DNA of 64,000 nucleotides from Lingula anatina (Eukaryota; Animalia; Brachiopoda), in contig CM120647.1 of the NCBI GenBank assembly GCA_051362555.1, positions 17,336,651 through 17,400,650 of the forward strand. The letters are read 5' to 3'. Under the pieces are notes generated by a model. That model saw only the letters and a list, made by a program, of their open reading frames with translations. It was not told where the DNA came from and made no database searches. This document shows positions 10,874-25,282 of the stretch, one piece after another. The translations under genes were made by a program, and so were the position numbers. How positions within the stretch are numbered: position 1 is the first letter of the stretch; the number at the start of each line of letters is the position of its first letter.

Positions 10874-13287
10874 GAAAAGTGAAAGCAGAAAATTGGTTAA
10901 TACAGGGAGTTCGCATACATTTTAAAAAACCCTTTGACTGGGATCCAATACTTAGACCCTATTCCCATAGATATTTAGGTCGATCTATCCCCCTGGGGAG
11001 TCTCACTAGATTGGTGTCAGCTTAACAGGCCTAAATGTCTGTCCCGCCTACTAAAAGCTGTAAGGGGGTAATTAACTATGGTGCGCGCTCGGCTGACTGC
11101 AATTTAGCGTAAACCCCCAGAGAGTTAGGTCGATCCAAATGGATCGATCTAAATCTCTGGGAATGCAGTCTTAGATCGATCCATCTGGATCGACCCAACT
11201 CCCTGGGGGTTCACGTTAAATTGCTATCAGCTCAAGAGGCTTAAATGCCGAATCAGCTAGGGGTAAAGATAATTACCCCCTAACAGCTTTACTAGGCGTG
11301 ACAGGCGTTTTTAAAAGCTGGTTAGTTTGATAGCAATTTAGTGAAACTCCCGAGGGAGATAGATCGATCCAAATATCTGTGGGAATGGTCCCTTTGAGTG
11401 GGCACAGACTGTTAAACAGAGATTAGTACCGGCGAGGTGATTCATGGAAAAATTTTAGAACAGGCGAAAATTAATGCACTCTCGGATGTCATCCATAAAA
11501 TTAAATCAGTATGAATTTATCGAAGAAAAAATACACAAAGGCAGAACTGATGAATTAACTAATCCCCTATTCAATCTTTGAACAGTCTAAGCGCAGTGCA
11601 TACGGTTATAGTGCAGAGTATGTACTTCAACAGATTTAAATTTCTCGCCACATTTTCCCCACTTTTTACTTAAACGCAGACAACCATACTATTCACCAGG
11701 TAAATGTTGAATGTTTGTGTTTAAAATGTTTTTTAACAGCGAATTCAAAGCATCAGAGTCGATCTATCGCACGGGGGTGATCTTTGCCTGCGGATATCCA
11801 GAAATATTTAGTCAAACCGACCTAAATTTATATAGATTATATAGATTAATTTGATTAACAAATGCATACACAGTGTTTTGAAAGGGTGAGAAATTCCCTG
11901 TTCGATTAAATGCTGATTAATTGTTTTGCCATGGGCCTGGGTTTAAAAAGATCCACTTGAAAAATCTAACTTAATTAGCTGATAGTCCGGGGCCGACATC
12001 ATGTCTAACAGAGATGAATAAAAAAATCTAGGAATTCAGTGATTCCGCGGAAAAAGTGAAAATCTGATTTTTTTATAGGCATAGTATAGCACACTCATTT
12101 AAAATTACACTTATTTTGTCATTTTAATCTACTCAGGTGGATGCATATGTTACAATACATAAACAAACTAACAATAAAACCTGCGTTAATGGGATCTTTT
12201 GTATACTGTATTAAGACCGCGCAGGCTCCTGATACTTTCCAGCGAAGACCCCACCTGTTTTTTAAAGAAATTTGTAGAATATAAAACAAAACAAATTACC
12301 TTATGTAAGAAACTGACTTCTCACCAACCGCGAGAGATGCACATCCAAGCGCTTTGGTATCGGTTCCTTACTGGAATCGCTTTAAAAATTCAACTAGTTT
12401 TATATCCACCTCCGCATCAGAAGTGAAAGTTTGTCTTCCGTGTATTTATACATAGAATACATGTATTCGGGGAATAACCAACCTGATCCAATCTTATCTT
12501 TTGAAAGTAAAAGTGTCCTGTTTTACCGTGCAGACATGATCCCCGCTATATGGACAGGGAACAATTTCATACATTGTTGATTTGTTAAATTTGTTACAAT
12601 AGGAGACGTCATCAGCACAAGGAAATTAACCACTTCTTAATTAGTTTCCTTTCACAGATGCGACCACGTAATGTCACAAGACATCCCGTCGTCACGGGCA
12701 CGTGTACTTTGAATCAGCATCATTTGTGTTTTCACAGGGAACACAGATTTCCGTCAGAAACGATGAGGATCTAGTCACCATGAAGCTGGGGTTGATTTCT
12801 GTGGGCAAGACGATAACTGGTCTACCCAGCCCACACAGAACGTTTTATAACGTCACCATAACGTTACCACAACGTCTTTTTTTTAGTGTTATGATATCAC
12901 TTTCTGTGTTTGCTTGTTAGGATGTCCGAACTGACGTGCTACCCCGCTCTGCAAACAGACCAAATACCCTTTTGGAACAAATACACCAGTGTGGTTACAG
13001 AGTCGATTTAGTCTGGTATTTTCTACGTTTTCATTGAATGCACCTTCACATGTTGTCGTTAGAGGCTTCATTATATCGGTCTTTATTTTGACCCAAACAC
13101 TTCCCTGAATGCGATTATCCCCGTGATTCCCTAGCGATATCTCAGAGGGCTTTTATTTGACCGGAGGACCTTACCTCTGTGGCTTCCGAGTGTACAGCTT
13201 CCTGTCAACGCACACACAAACTCGCGCGCGCATACATACATATACACTCACGCACGAACACGCGCGCGCACACAAACACGTACAAAT

Positions 13288-13325
<38 letters not shown>

Positions 13326-14620
13326 CTCTTCTAAAGACGCTGTTATGATCAACACAAATGAGTCTAAAATTTATATATTTATTTGAAAAAAACTTCTTAA
13401 GATTACGACCAGACAAGGGAGTGGGGACAGTGTTAGCCGCTCACTCCATCAAGTGTTCTTCTAAGTATTTAACACAACTTCTCTTAACTTCCTCGTTGTT
13501 CAAATTTCATTATCATAATATGAAGTCATTACTTAAAATGCTCTTCTTCATTCCATATACACACCATAGTTAAAGTTTTCATACTGATGAACTGTCCATG
13601 GAGTCCTTAGAACGCTTAAAGTAAAAATCGTTTCCATCAAAGCCGATCCCTGTACATTTTACCGCTACAAACACGAGCGAAAAACTTTTCAGATCAAGCA
13701 CAAGAACAAACTGAAATGATATCTGACATATAAAATGTCACGAAATATATTGGACTACAATGTTCTCTTCGTTACCTGTATATCTGATACGTATAAAAAT
13801 AGCTTACATTGGGTAACAATATCAGTGTTATGAAAGCAAACTTAAAAATAAACACCATTTTGACATTTCAGCTTTGAGAGTTTACATGTAAATGTACGTG
13901 AATGAATGGCTCGGATTACCAACACTAAATACGGGATATGACCAATCTTATTTTATCTTTCGAAAATTTCATGTTTAACCAGGCGGAAATTTTTATCATC
14001 AGGTTCTATCATACGTCAAATGTTCAGACGTTAAACACTTTCACATAATCAGGAAGTTTGAATCCTTTAAACAAAAAACCTATTATACTGGTATTGTCTA
14101 TTTATACTCCTTACAAGAGTCCTTTTCACTTTCCGTTTCAACGATTTACAGCGTCTCATAGTTGCCAGGCATTGAGGGCCGTTTAATTTGCGTATATTCC
14201 CAGTTAATACAAAAGCGTTTCGGAAACGCTGAAGAGTATATTTTGTAGCATTATAAACACGTTTTTTATAACGTTATATATGTCTATGTTTCTGATACAA
14301 ATGGCTACATGAAATATTTGCATAACGTTTACATAACATACATTAGCATGGTCAAGATACTGCTATGATAAGCTCCATTAGTTAACATAAATAATAGTTT
14401 TATGTTTAAATTATACGTGTATATAAAAGTATATAAAGTCTGCACAAACAGTTCATTGGTGTTCATTTAAAATAATAACGTTGTATAAATATCTAATGTT
14501 TTCTAATCTAATGTTTTAGAAAAAAATGATAACGTAATGATAATTATTTTAAGACATTGTCAAACGTTTTGCGCCTATTAACTGGGTTACTTACAAACTT
14601 TATCGTTTTCACTTTTCACT
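10874..14620. promoter_or_regulatory. Cluster of IRF-E/ISRE-like motifs plus one NF-kB-like site 5' of the TRIM coding exon
   Basis: GAAAAGTGAAAGC at 10874-10886, AAGTGAAA at about 12054 and 12421, reverse copies at about 14124 and 14607. GGGAATTTCTC on the minus strand at 11888-11898, and a minus-strand TATATAAA near 11830. Confidence 0.4.
10936..11392. mobile_element. Nested MITE pair: family A copy 10955-11170 (TSD TTA) inserted in opposite orientation into the left end of an older copy 10936-11392 (TSD TTT)
   Basis: The inner copy is 216 bp with tta/tta flanks. The outer copy's left terminus gactgggatccaatac lies 5' of the inner copy and resumes as gatcgatccatctgg after it. Confidence 0.8.
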
Positions 14621-15049
14621 CTCTGATGAGTGATTGTGATTGCTGCCACCCCAATCTTGTTGAATTGTCACTCTACACCTTAAACTATTTCCGTGTAGGC
14701 CTATTGTTATTCAAATCATTATTAAAATTGCATTTTTTTTCATGATTTTCATTCTGTCGTTATCATACTCCTATATATTTTTCATGCCTAATATTCACAT
14801 CGTTAGCACTGTTGTACTGATATGTCCTATGTTCACATCGTTATCGCACTTATGTTTTTGTGTATTTTTTCAAATCTTTATCAAACTTGCATTTTAAATG
14901 TTTTTTTTAATCCACATCGTTATCATTCTTGTCTTTTTCACTTTCCTCATATCCAAGCTTTGACGCAATCTACATATATATCTGTTCTACGCTATTTGCC
15001 ACTTCCATTTCTAATTGTACCCAGTGTTCCTCTCTAAATATTTAAATTA

Positions 15050-15460
15050 GTATCTTCCGGGTGAGATAGAGGGCTTGCCAATCAAACACAAGATAGGCCT
15101 ATACCAAAGGCATTTCTCTAGGTATTCAATGACGGTGCACTGTCTTTTCTTTCCGGCGAAAATTTCTACGTCATCACTCTTGTTTCGAAAGTTGTTTCTA
15201 TTCTTGGTCGCGCCATTTTGAACACCATCATAAAAAAAACACCTGATGTTTCCTCGTTAAGCAGTGATCTTTGATTAAGTATGAAGGGCTGCTTGAAGCG
15301 TGTGCACGTGAAATGGGGACCATTTCCAAGTTATTGAAACAAAACAATGTTATTCCCTCCAAGTGTCCCCGGCTCGCCTGCATCGCCCTCTATAGGCCTA
15401 CCTGGTCGATGTGAAACGGGCAGTGACGGAGACCGAATATTGTGTTCACTTCCGGTTTAG
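15050..15460. promoter_or_regulatory. CpG-richer promoter-like island (ETS, YY1, E-box motifs)
   Basis: CTTCCGG three times (about 15054, 15150, 15449), CGCCATTTTG at about 15211 (YY1, pointing leftwards) and CACGTG at about 15305. Possibly a distal or alternative TSS of the TRIM gene. Confidence 0.35.
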
Positions 15461-15827
15461 ACGGGAGATGCCCACGCTGTAGGCGGCCATTGCTATGTGC
15501 CCGTGACGTTCTTCGAGAGAGAAGGAGGCGTTGGGTTATATTTCATGACTTTGTCATTTTGTTCTGAAATATAGAAAAATATATTCTTTTATTAGTATAA
15601 AAGACGAGTACAAAATAAAGATACCATGAACGATTGAATTAAAATATATATACAGTCGAAAAGATATGAATCCATTTACCTCTTGCGTGCGGTATTATTT
15701 AGTTCAGTCATAATAGAAATAAGGAGATGAGAATTGATTAGATATTCGGAAGTACATTTAGACCCTTGATGAATAAGTAGAAGTCTAATCTAATGAAATA
15801 TCTGTATCTGGCTCCAGTTTCACGCAT

Positions 15828-15887
<60 letters not shown>

Positions 15888-17123
15888 AAAAAACTTAGCC
15901 CTACGTCAGGTCCCTGACTTGGATTTCCATGAGAGAACTGTAACCTGTTCCTGATAGCGTATGGTGTGCACATGTGGTCATGTAACATTGGTTTATAAGT
16001 TCTTAGATTATTAGGGCCTAAGGGACGTACGTTTTTTATTTTATTTATTATTATTCATTATTTATTTATTTATTTATTTTTTGGTGTGTTTGTGTGTGTA
16101 AAATCGGAACCTGGAATCTTACTACATTAAATATTACATCTGTTTTATGACAGAAATGGCAGGGCTGATGGTTCAGAGTACTTATTGCATTTAAGATGAC
16201 CGCCACGGGTTCATCTCAAGCTAAAGTAGACCAACGTTTTTGGTTGAACTGTTCAGACCAAATTTTAGGCTACAATTCGCACTTCAAACTGGCCCCAATG
16301 TCTTATTAAGACTACATATGGTAAATATCCAGCGTTTCGATCACGAACAATACAGTAATTATTGAAAACAATGCCTTTGGACACGTTCATCCCCGGAAGC
16401 AATTCTTGTAAAATAATGCACGCAAGTCCCGAATTACAAAAATCAAAACAAAAATGTTTCTATGTTGTATTTGACGTGTATATTTCACCAAACAACAAAG
16501 GTCAACTTATCATCTGTATATACGATATCAATTTTTTTGCAGTACGCGGAGAACATTGTAGTCAAACATACAACAGTTCGATCAAAGAGCTAAGGTAACT
16601 TATGTCCATTTTCTGTATTTTATAAGATTACCAATCAAGATAAAAGGGTCTAATTAATCAAAAAGCATCAAATCCACCTAAATGCCAGTTTTTAAATTGA
16701 TAGTACCCCTAACACCCAACTTAAATTCCACTCCAGGAAAAAAAGTTATTAACATTCTCTAGTTCGAATAAAAGCGTTCTGTAAGTCACAAATAACGCTC
16801 AAACAGACTGAAAATATGCGTTATCAAAGAAGACAATCTGCTTGCCTTTTGGACCTTTTCACCTGGTAATTTTTATTACTCGTATTTATAGTTAACAGTT
16901 CTCAATTACCGGGGAAATTACTGGGTAGAAAGACGTCCAGGAAGGACATAGACCACCATTAGTGGTTGAGCCTTGCTCGTTAATCTCGCAGTTATCCGAG
17001 ATTACCAGAAATAAGAGCCATGATCAAACCCCATTAGTTGTCCTGAAGTTCGGTGATAACTGAAGGTGAAAAGTGATTTGGCAGGTGCTAGAACCCGACA
17101 CGATGGATAAAGTCCGCACATGG

Positions 17124-19744
17124 CTATGGCAAGTATTGTAATAATGAGCGAGCAAGGACTGTAGCAGACAGACGGAAGCAATAAGAAGAAGCCGATCACG
17201 TAAGGCCTGGGTTCGAGTTCTCTAATGTATCCTTAATTGAAAAAAGGGGCCATAATGCCATGCCTAAGCATCTTGAGCAAACACTGCTGAGATGCGAAGT
17301 AATAAATTTCAAAAAAATAAGAACGCGTTCAGAATCGAACAAGAGAGACGTGGCTGTTACAAATAAAGAAGAAGGGACTGAGAAGCACTTTAAAAACCGA
17401 TGATTGTATTTTGTTGGCACCAAAATTCACTATTTGGTCTTTTAACGGTGACGCCGACGCAAAAGGTGCATTATGCCCGAGAGAATGGAGGACATTATTC
17501 CGAATTTACAATATATCCGAAAAGATGTAATGGTTCATTAACTTGGAGGTCATTGGGAAAAAGCTCAATTAAAGAAATTGTTTTAATTTGGCGTCAGGGT
17601 AGGGGAGAGGGCAGGGGTCAGGTAATTTCGAGAACTCTGTAATGTTACCATTTTCCTTCCTCCCAGTCTGTAAGAAACATCTTAATTTTCCCGTCGGCGT
17701 CTGTAGATGAATGTCATATAGTCTATATGGTGTCCCTCGGCATTGTTTCAAACAATTCTCAAAATCGGGTGTGATTTATGTTCATAAATTTTGTTAAAAT
17801 AATTAAAGGCCTTTTACCACACAGAATATTCCAAATTTTTCTTAGGTCGTCACTAAAAAGCATAACTCTTTATCCTTTCGGAATGATAATATTTATACCA
17901 TCTAACCAACAGGAAGGCCTATATTGCTGGTGATGAGGCTAATTTGATCCAAAAGTTTTTATAGGGACTGGCTTGGATGCTGACCAGTACTCACTCGCCC
18001 TTTTTGCCCAATTAATCTTCGTACACCTACCATTGCAATTTCGGTTGAACAAGGCGCATCGGACGAGAGAGATGCCAAGAAGATGACCAGAAAAAGATGA
18101 CCAGAAGTATGACCAACAATCCCCGTCATACCAATCCATAATCCAGATTTCTTACCTGCCAAAATGACCAGAACGATGACAACACCAATCGCCATAGCAA
18201 AGAAGGTCATCCACGCGCACAGGCGGCCGCTGTCAATCGTCATCCGCTCAAGATGGGACGAACTCTTTCCAAGGACAATATCGTAGACATTATCGTTGCC
18301 GTAGGGATGTTGGTTGTCTTTCGATTTGGTCGTCTGCGCCTGCGTAAGGATGGTGTTGACAATATCGATAGACGTCGTTGACGGTCGGGCAGCGAGACGT
18401 GCCAGTTTGGCAACATTTTCGTCGTTTTGGAAGGCCGGGTTGTCATAAGACTGTTGGAATAGCTGAAATAAGATTAACAAGATGCTTCAGATTTATAAAA
18501 TCAAATCTTGGCAATCCACTTAAATGTTACTTTTCATTAAAGCCCCTTTACCTTCAAACCAATTGCGGAGAGAAGCCACAAGTTTTACCCGTAGTTACCT
18601 TTAAGAAATACGTGGTGAGTTGGTTTTCGGGAGGGGCATCATGGAAGATGAAAAATTCCTCTCTTCAATCGCCCCGTTTCGCCTTATGTGTCTACGTAGA
18701 CGATCTCAAATTTTGATGATTTTTCTACCGTTACTGTACTGTTTAATTATATTATCAATCAGGATATGCATGAACTTCTTACTCGATTCGACTAGACAAC
18801 ATAAATCTCTTTTCGACCCGACATAAAATCACTTATACATCCAGGCATTATTTGTCCTACAAATTGGGTGACTATATTGAAAACTATACAATGGTTTATA
18901 AACAGTGCGGCAAGCATTATACATATATGATGCATTAACATCATTTTCAATACGCCACGATTCCAAAAAGTATTCACAATCAGAATATTCTGTTACATAG
19001 AAATGCCATGTTTATAACTGATTAAATGCAAAAACATGTAATGTGTTTTCAACATTAGAATGTTCTCTATTTCAGAAATGTAGAGTATACACTAGTACCT
19101 ATAGAACAGTTATTTTAGCCCTGTTGTGTGTGTGTCTATAGCTATCTATCTATCTATCTGTCTGTATGTCTGTCTGTCTATCTGTCTATCTATCTATTAC
19201 AGTCTAGCATCTCATTCAGATTAATGTGACGCAGTGGCATTTTACTTTGAAACTTGTATAGGACATTTTCGTTGGTTTCATATGCATGTTTAATCAATTA
19301 ACTGGTGCGCTATTTGTCCAATGATTTAATGAAGCCAATTCAAGTGAACAAACGTGCTAAAACAAAAACCATGGGGCCAGTGACAAACCAAGCATAGACA
19401 CACTCCTGCCTTGAAATGGATTTTTTTCTTTTCAAATTATATCAACGCACTGCCAGACGTTTTTCCCTATGATGTCTACTGCTGTTAACGTCAGAAAACA
19501 GCGTTAATGGCTTGGTTTTATGAGTATACAATAAAGACGATTGTGCTATATTTGTATCAGGCATCAGTCCGTCAACTGAACCAATGAGAACATGTTTGAT
19601 GTTCTGGTGGTGTACTGATCAATTTCACTTATTTGAACATGACGTGTGACTGGCAGGTTTATTGATATAGTCACCCAAGCGCACAAACGGTATATCGCTG
19701 AGGCATCAGCTCTGTTCTTTTCACATTTATACCTTCTGCATTCG

Positions 19745-19789
<45 letters not shown>

Positions 19790-20038
19790 GGAGAGAGCGT
19801 CATCTTCCGTATACCAAGTACAAAGATGAAGAGAGAGAGATATTTTGTATAGAGAGCAAGAGAGAGAAAGTACAAGTAAAACCAATGCTTTGTTTTACCT
19901 TCAATAATCGTAAATGTAAATAAAGGTAGAACAAATCCCTTATCCTCCTTCCCAGACAGAGCAGAGACAGTAGCTTACAGAATTCCATTAGCTAACACTT
20001 ACCCTTAGTAACCGCGGTCTGGAGTGTGGGCCTGCCAT
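17124..20038 (-). CDS. Uncharacterised 125-aa tail-anchored single-pass membrane protein
   Basis: Exons 20038-20003 (MAGPHSRPRLLR, donor gtaagt), 18462-18156 (LFQQSYDNPAFQNDE...VYDIV...RLCAWMTFFAMAIGVVIVLVILA, donor gtaaga) and 17158-17124 (VLARSLLQYLP*). Phases 0 and 1 are consistent. Confidence 0.65.
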
Positions 20039-23000
20039 TTACAAAGCCACCTCTTCGTGATTTCGTGCGTTTATTAAACTGTCAACTCCTAACTGGCCTC
20101 CTTTTTACAATTTTTATTTCTTGCATAATTTACAAAGCGTTTATCTGAGTTCTACTTGTTGCTGTCCGTAAATTCTGAACTGTAGCGAATATCACGAATT
20201 GGCGACAACTGCCACAGGTTTTACTTGCCGCATCCAAGGTGCGCCACACAAATATTCCTGTTTTATATTTCAGACATCTGTGATCCCGTTTGTGTCCTTT
20301 CGCTATTTCTTGCATCACCAAAACAGAATAAAACCAACGCTGTTTCTAATCCAGCGTTTGCCTTTTATTTGAACTGTTTCACCACAACAGAAAAAAATGC
20401 CGTTGGTGTTCTACGGCGTTCTGCTGCCCCAGCCTGTTATAGATAGTAGTGATGACCTCTATTAGCTACTTGTAATCTTCTTGTTTTGTAACAAGTGTCA
20501 GAGATAGATCTCTATTGCTAAAGACTGTCACAATACTCTCCTATTCAATGATCACTGTCTTATGTGTCACCTCCGTTTTGTACTCTTCTTGCAGCATACG
20601 ATAATATAATTACCTTCATTATCTGGTGCAATAGATCTCCGTGATAGTTTCCTTTATGGCTTAGAGAAAGTACTTGAAATGCTCCTAGTATACGCATACA
20701 ATGGCATAAGTACCTTTTTTTAAAATATGGTTTTCTCTTTATTCTGTTTTGAGCAACTTGTCACGTCTCTCTTCTGCAGTGCAGCTTAGGCACGGAATCT
20801 TTGGTTAGGATTTCAATAGAATAATGTGAAATATCCTGATAAATGCCTTTCCTCGTGACTGACTTTTGTTTTCTTATTGCGACTTGGACACTGCTCATGT
20901 ATACGTTGAGAGCAAGAGGTATTTCTGGATTGTGAACATCGAACTGGTGGTAAAAGCAGATCAATTACCTTTGCTCTACCAGAACTTGCAATTGTTGAGT
21001 GGTGTTTGCCTTTCTTCCTTGTTCTCACGCGAGTTGGTACGACGGATATACATATATGTAACCATACCTGGCATCGGACTGTGCTGCCTTCTTAATACAA
21101 CAGAGGATATCGTCTGGTGTGAGAGCAGTTAGCTTTCTAATCGTGTTCCACGAAAAGACGAAAACAGCAGCAAGTGTAGACCTGTTCTCAGTGATTTTTC
21201 CCTTAATGTTTGGGTCAAGGTTCTCCCATCTGCTTTAAGTTAATCTGGCTTTACAAAAGCTGGTCAACGTTTTTATTTTTGAATGTGTACATTCAATCTA
21301 TCTAAGTCACGGCTCCAAGAAATCCAAGACCATATACAGTGTGTAAGGCACCTGTAACCAATTTTTTTATCAAGCTGAATACTGATCAAAAGTCAAACCA
21401 CGGTTTATACCTGTTCTAAACCCAAAATGCTCTATTCTAAATGTCACCATTAACAGAACGTCTTGCTGCATAGAAACGTCATCTGTATTTTTTGTTCCTT
21501 TGTACCATCGGCGTCTTCATTTCCGACTCCAGAAAACGCTTTTATACAGACACGTCCATGGGATATTGTTCCCAGTGTTTACTCCATTTACAAAGGCAAA
21601 ATGCCTCGTTGCAGATATTGCTGATTTCTCTGTCAGGTTTCTATGAATCGTAAAGAATGCACTACATAAAACAGCCAACGCGCTCAGCTTCAGCACAGAT
21701 AACGGACACAGCAAGAGGATGAGTTTGTTTTTTATTAATAAGTGCTACTCAAGCGTATCACTAAATCACAATTGCCTTCCTAAACAAGTAGATTAGTAGA
21801 TTCCGTCTCCTGATGGTATTGATATAATTCGTCCATTTCAACCGCCCACGTTGGAGTTGGATTTGTAACAGTTTCAATTGCCGTTCTTAAGCTTACAGTT
21901 ATACCCTGGGTACTAAAACGTGGCTTTGCTAACAGCAGAATGCCATCAGTTAATTTGTTTCTCTATTTAGATAAAAGACCGAACTGACCAAGCTCTAATG
22001 CAAATACGAAGCTCTTGGTATCGCTGTTCCACGAATACCAACCATACAGCGCACTGGTTCCCTTCTTGATAAATGTTTGTTTTCAGGCGTTTCTACGTTG
22101 ACGCTTCAAACTCGGTCGTCGAACGAGTGTGAAATGAGTCCCAAAAGAGTGTCAAGGGAATGGCGATGTCCCTAAGTAAAACAAATGACCATCTCTGAGC
22201 TCAGTTCCGTTGTGAGCCAGGCACGCTGGCCTGAGTTAGTCTATACCGCCAGAGCATGATCTCACAAGTCCTTCACAAACGTGGACCAGCACTCATGGAC
22301 AACAAAGTGTCCACTTCCCCGCCTCGAGCTGTGATACAACGTTAGTTGGCATGACAACGTGCGAGATCATCCAATTAACACCAACCAGTCCTGATTGATT
22401 TTCCCAGACGCATTGGGAGGGTTATAGTAGCGTCTCTGCTGTACTGTACATAATGTCCTGTATTAATCCATTGATTACTTACGTAACGTTACTCGATTTC
22501 AAAGCAGCAAAGCGAAGTGATATTGACTGCAACGGCACGTTGGGACCGATTCCAAGTGCTCATATTCTCCGCTGAACATACGATTGAACGACAAGCAAAC
22601 TGTTTCGAGACACTACTATTCGCACCGAAAAACAGGCCTCATCAAGCGTTAGTACTACCTGGCCCTCAGACTAATTAGTTTGCGTGTTATAAGTATTCGA
22701 GCTTAACCAAAGCAGCAATCTATCATCTGGAGTTATAATGTATTGTTTTCCACAAGATTCTGACAGAATACTTCAGTGCTTAATTCACAATGGGGCCATC
22801 AGCCCTACCTAGGTCCTTTTCTCGGCGGTATACTTTAAAGTTAAAACTTTGAGAGATTGGCAACTCCATAGTTTAGCTATTAGTTATGGAAGTGGTCTCT
22901 GGTTCTTTTTCTGCACTCTACTGCGTGTCAGTGAGGTTTACAATAATTTCTTTAAAAAAAGGGGGGCTGATTCAGACTTGATGATAATCTAGCCCATCTG

Positions 23001-23738
23001 CCACTGAGAGCTAGCATAAGAACAATAGCATCCACTGCCAGACAAGGTTCCCTTTACTCTTGCTTGAAGCCCCCCCCCCCCCCCAACCTCTCCAAGTGCT
23101 GAGTACCAAGCAAAGAGAACGCATCCTCTAACCACAAACGGTTGGCCACGTAATCGGGACTCGACACGGTCAATTAATTAGCTTAGATTAAGTGCAGGGC
23201 GCGAATTTCTAGAGGGATTATGGAGGGGAGTATAACTCCCTGTAATATAATTGTACTGGGGCAAGTTCTCAAAGAGGAACGGTCCATTTCAGAATGTCGC
23301 TCTGTGTGAGGGGGGTCTGTTGTCATATATACCTGTACTACCCTCTATGCATCCGTCTAACCCTTATCAGTATTAATGATATGGGAGCCCAGACTTCTAT
23401 TCCTTGGATAACAATGGTCGTGCAGTATATATATATATATGCTCTGTAATTTTCTACCATTCCTAACGTATATAATAAGAATCGATAGTTCAGATTCTAT
23501 AATGTGACTTTTCAAAGGTTTAATTTCAGGATTAAATTAATGCCAGCTATCTTAGCTGCCTCACCGGCATTTGATTTTCTTTGCTTTATTTAAACGATGC
23601 CAATTAAACGAGATTAACGTGCGTATTAATCCTTTTTTAAGCAGAAATTACTAAATGCAGTGGATCCTTAATAAGAATGGAAACTAATATAAGATTTATA
23701 GATATACATGACATATCATGCACTGTATCTTCAATTAA

Positions 23739-23964
23739 CACCCCATTTCCATAGATTTTAAGATCGATCTATCCCTGTGGGGAGTCTCACTAGATTACTG
23801 TCAGCTTGGCCGGCTTAAGCGTCTGTCCCGCCTATTAAAAGCTGTAAGGGGGTAATTAACTATGGTGCCCGCTCGGCTGACTGCAATTTAGCGTGAACCC
23901 CCAGGGAGTTAGGTCGATCTAAATCTTAATCTTTAGATCGATCTAGATCTCTGGGAAAGCACCC
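23739..23964. mobile_element. MITE family A copy, TSD TAA
   Basis: Same internal sequence (gggagtctcactagatt...gtaagggggtaattaact) with taa/taa flanks. Confidence 0.85.
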
Positions 23965-25282
23965 TAAGTTTCAATGTAGGCGGATCATTATGTGCATGTT
24001 GTAAGTTGCATGCTCGTCTTCAGTATATCAGTGAATGCTCACAGAGCAACAAAAAGCTTATTTTTTGTCCAATTAACCTTTCAATATAAAATAATATACA
24101 TGCTCATGTAGAAATATTTTAACAGTCTCCAGTGATCCTGTAGATATTTTATTACTATCCCTATTCCCTCCCTCCCATGCTTGCTACTTGGCTATTTCAA
24201 GGAAACGTACCCTGTAATTATCATGCGGCCTCTATTGTTCGACCATACGGGGCAGGGTTGGGAGACCATGCGGCCTTTTGGTAAGGGGACTTTCCGGCGG
24301 GACTGTAAGTATCGGCAAAAAGACCAATCGATAACAGATTAGGCGTTTTTTGCGCCAGGTAATCCTGGTTATGTGTCGAATCTATCTACCTACCTTTCTA
24401 TCTATCTACTTATGTATGTATCTATCTATCTGTAGAAAGATGTAAACGATATAAGGGCAAGGCTTGTTTTGTGTGGCATGAAAGAAGACACGCTGCAGGT
24501 GAAATGACCTCTATTTATTTATCTATTTATTTATTTATTCTATTTTGAAGGCCACCGTTATACGAATTCATTCAAGGGAATAACACTTTTGCACAATGCT
24601 GATGTTGACATCGTCGAACCACACTAACAGCTTTCATAACTCCCAGGTCGACTGAAGTTACCAAAATCGATACGTTAATTCCGTGTGTCTAAAGATACCA
24701 ATAATATTAGATCTACAGCCCCATCAATATCACGTATATTGTAAATGAGCCATCCACTGTCGTCAGTACGTCTTGTATTACTTGCCTACAAAAAAGGGTA
24801 ATTGTGTGAGTCGATGATTATATTTCAAATGACTTGTATTATATGGCCATTAATAAAAGTGTAAGCCATTGGTCATATTCATTGAGGTGGAATTGACCAA
24901 AACAGAGGCTTGTCAGATAGAAATTTATATTTATTGGGTATTACATCTTTTTGACCACAACTCCACCTAGTGGTAAAACAATAGCACTGAGAAAGACTGC
25001 AACAAAGTGCAGTTGAAAATGTCTTCACATTTAGGTTTTGCCTCGTTCTTTTTTTAGATGAAAATATGACTCTCTTAATACTATATTATATCACACCTTA
25101 AGGCGCCAATCGCTCCGAACTAATCCAGGCAAAGCAAAAGATAATGGTAACAATGTGAAGATAGTAGTGCTTTGTTAAAAAATGGTTTAAAACTCAGTCC
25201 CTTAGTCCCTGACTGCGTCTTGCACATGTTGTGAGGGGTTGTTTCTGGGATAGAAAATCTGTTTCATAATTTAAGGATCTAC

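Noticed and set aside
13157-13416. His/Thr- and Cys/Val-repeat ORFs (also 15785-15988 and 43809-44027)
   Set aside because: Translations of (CA)n/(TG)n microsatellites.
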